Origin: a virus
Taxonomy: Duplodnaviria > Caudoviricetes
Length of the DNA stretch: 64,000 bases
Reading direction: 5' to 3' (one strand)
Virus record (IMG/VR): IMGVR_UViG_3300028588_000019
Coordinates: 1 to 64,000 of that record
Of the stretch, positions 62,501 to 64,000 are shown piece after piece. Both the position numbers and the translations under genes were made by a program. The notes beneath the pieces were generated by a model that saw only the letters and a program-made list of their open reading frames with translations, ran no database searches and had not been told where the DNA came from. The first letter of the stretch is position 1; each line of letters begins with the position of its first letter.

Positions 62501-64000
62501 TCCACCTCAGTCTTGGCGCTGAAGCCTTTAAGCGCCGCCACCTTCTTATCGTAGACTGCTTGCGCCGCGGAAAGCTCCTGCGCTTCAATTGCACGCAGTT
62601 TGTTGTAGTGTTCAGCGACACTCGACTCACCGTCGCGGAACGCGTCTTTCTCTTCCGCAACTTGTGCGTCAATGGCACGCTTGGCTTTATCGCCTTCGTC
62701 CTCAAATTTGGAAAGCTGGGTTTGCAGTTCGATCCAGCGCGGATCGTCTTTGTTGGTGTTACCACCGCCGCCACGGTTGTACTTCGCCCGGATGTCCGCA
62801 ACGGTTTTCTCAACACGCTCAGCGTTAATGATCTTCAGCTCACCGCTTGCGATAGCTGCTTCAACAGCAGCTTGATTATTGGCCGCGTCAATGTTGTGCG
62901 TTTTTTCCCATTGGTGGATGATGTCACGGTTTGCCATCGTCACACCTTGCAGGTAACGCTGGATGTACGTTTCTCCGATCTGGTTGCGCGAACGTGCGTG
63001 GGTCTCAATGTAATCAACCTCGCGCTGACCGAACACACCCTGTTGCTCAATCTGTTTGTCTTCCGACTTCTTCTGCGCAGCGAGTTGCTCGTCGTCGAAC
63101 TTTTTCTGCAGCTGTGCAACGACACCAGCTTGCTTGGCGTACTGAGCAGCGACGGCCATAAAACGGCCTTCGTAGATATTCTTGGTTTTTGGATTCGCCA
63201 TACCGGCAGCGAAACCCTCCGACGCTTGCTCCAAAGCTTTCAGTTGCTGCTTGGCAGCGTCCAGGAGTTGACCTGTACTGTCTTCCTTACCCCACTCCTT
63301 CATCGCATGACCGATCTCTTGGATGATCTGCTTGAAGCCGAGGTACGAAGCCATCAGGTAGCCAACATTCTTATCCTGCTTTTGCAGACTTTCGCTCATG
63401 CGGTCGGCAATTTCAATCATCGCCTCTTGGTTGCGACCTTCCAGCGCAAGCAGACGGATACGCTCATACGACTGCGCATTCAGGAAGTGATACGTCTCGT
63501 TTTGCTTCGCAGCCCACTCGGCAATCTTGTTCTGCATTTCGTTGAAGACTTTGCCGTGCACTGCACCAAGCTGCTGGAACATGCCCACAACTTGCTCCGT
63601 GGACTGTCCGCTCAAACGTTGGAAGTTCAGTGCTGCACCGCCAATAGCTTGCAGCGTGTCGGCAGTAAACTTACCAGTCGCGTTCAGTGCGAGCAGCATT
63701 TCGGTTGCCGTGCCGATTTGACCGTGCACGTTACCCTTCAGCTCCAGCGCCATTTCGTGCAGCGAGTCTCGGGTTTGACCCGAGAAGCCGCCGGTCAACT
63801 GCATGACGTTATTGAACTTGTAGAGCTCGCTAGCGCCCTTAGCCATTTCCCAAGCGACCGTACCCAGCGTAACAAGCATGGCGAGCGCAGCGACACCAAA
63901 GCCAGTGAACGCCAGCGAGGCCATGTTGGTATACTCAGCCAGCACCATCATGGATGCAGGCATACGGCTAAAGCGACCCTGCACCATTTCATGCAGCAGA
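59497..64000 (-). CDS. Tape measure protein (5' end outside the window)
   Basis: More than 1496 aa, helical A/E/K-rich; frame is open to the window edge. Confidence 0.9.
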   Translation of the reverse strand, partial: LLHEMVQGRFSRMPASMMVLAEYTNMASLAFTGFGVAALAMLVTLGTVAWEMAKGASELYKFNNVMQLTGGFSGQTRDSLHEMALELKGNVHGQIGTATEMLLALNATGKFTADTLQAIGGAALNFQRLSGQSTEQVVGMFQQLGAVHGKVFNEMQNKIAEWAAKQNETYHFLNAQSYERIRLLALEGRNQEAMIEIADRMSESLQKQDKNVGYLMASYLGFKQIIQEIGHAMKEWGKEDSTGQLLDAAKQQLKALEQASEGFAAGMANPKTKNIYEGRFMAVAAQYAKQAGVVAQLQKKFDDEQLAAQKKSEDKQIEQQGVFGQREVDYIETHARSRNQIGETYIQRYLQGVTMANRDIIHQWEKTHNIDAANNQAAVEAAIASGELKIINAERVEKTVADIRAKYNRGGGGNTNKDDPRWIELQTQLSKFEDEGDKAKRAIDAQVAEEKDAFRDGESSVAEHYNKLRAIEAQELSAAQAVYDKKVAALKGFSAKTEVERAKVAKQMQDIRAALDKAIDSNGAAGENLDRDEVGANKKALKTTVGNITTDGARELEELNKKIEAQKKYNEEIGKTAAQRQLVAIALADEADQQRKRDALYLEALLDTEKAKPEDEQNKAAIAAYGARLAALQKLIAAQADINRLKDIGAKLDAEQADFKKADDLAKSWKEAGNDIAKALEQAFGKGGKAAGELFKVFSRGTAEQLQLDNKLRKSKKENEGLQDEEARNAKAQNEYNQASARNRMNEYGNMAGAAAGFFDEQSKGYKALMVMSQVFHAAELALTIAELVPKGISAILTQGQGDSYSAFARMAAMAAIVAGLGVAISGKFSDVNVAKDRQEAQGTGTVFGNVDAKSESISKSLELIEDNTYQNLVIGSGMLQALRAIQAGIGGLSGILLNNGVTGDMPANTYGGMSSLGSLIGSPLKSMPGGEWLGKQYASLTNSIFGGKTTNLDTGLTANKTSVGNIVNGGLVMSQYLDTKKDGGIFHSDKYKTQLTALDKDVNDQFALIFKGLSTTINAAGEALGIGGAAFNERLKSIIIDFGKISFKDLSAEEIQKEIEAVVSKLGDDMASLMVAGLNDYAKLGEGQLETLVRIAAEYQTIDTVFQSFNKTFGQIGLSSVAARSRLIELSGGLEEFVSQASTFLDTFYTDKEKAKFLKGQLDPTFAKYGLTTSQPNSEEMFRKFIEGLDTTTQYGAEAYAALMGLVPAFKEILDVTKAIAEERQSIQDEIDELVMTPAQLIAKQREELDESNRSLFDYLQLLKKQKEAQDTNKESLSQTIEKLKTFAQSMREMRDGLLLSDLTTLTPEQQYLEALRQFDNTVAKAKTGDEEAQSQISAAANAFLQASRVVNASDPKYSSDFAKVLRITEEMEQWATAKASVEQLSLDALNAQVAGITNLNNTLNDVLWAIRDPRPAAAMPSLSGNPTTASEKAMMAAELKALREEVSGMRAEANTNTANVITSNAKVTAGAAQTTVSGIMSSAANSSYKNNVLSMAME

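Overview
The window is about 64 kb of a long-tailed dsDNA phage (siphovirus-like) genome. The host is probably a betaproteobacterium (inference from gene style only), and no integrase is visible. Layout: (1) minus-strand head/packaging genes (capsid, scaffold, portal, TerL, TerS) at 88-6810; (2) a minus-strand arm of small accessory genes to 12.6 kb; (3) a divergent non-coding switch region at 12.6-13.3 kb; (4) a plus-strand early region of many small ORFs at 13.3-28 kb; (5) replication and nucleotide genes (primase, MazG-like, thyA, ligase, Sak4-like ATPase, SSB, Cas4-like nuclease, SF2 helicase, clamp, family B polymerase); (6) a complete 7-deazaguanine DNA-modification cluster (queE, queC, queD, folE, dpdA) coupled to a NADAR gene; (7) minus-strand lysis and tail genes, with the tape measure gene running off the right edge. 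The most unusual signals are non-coding. There are three canonical hammerhead ribozymes, each fused to the stop codon of an early gene. A covarying two-hairpin element recurs about 8 times between early genes. A D-armless tRNA-like RNA ending in CCA lies upstream of queE. Dispersed islands almost free of GA/TC (and in the largest case GGC/GCC) cover promoters and lie at genes for a four-member paralogous DNA-binding-like family, which suggests modification-free patches in a deazaguanine-modified genome. All counts and alignments were done by eye.
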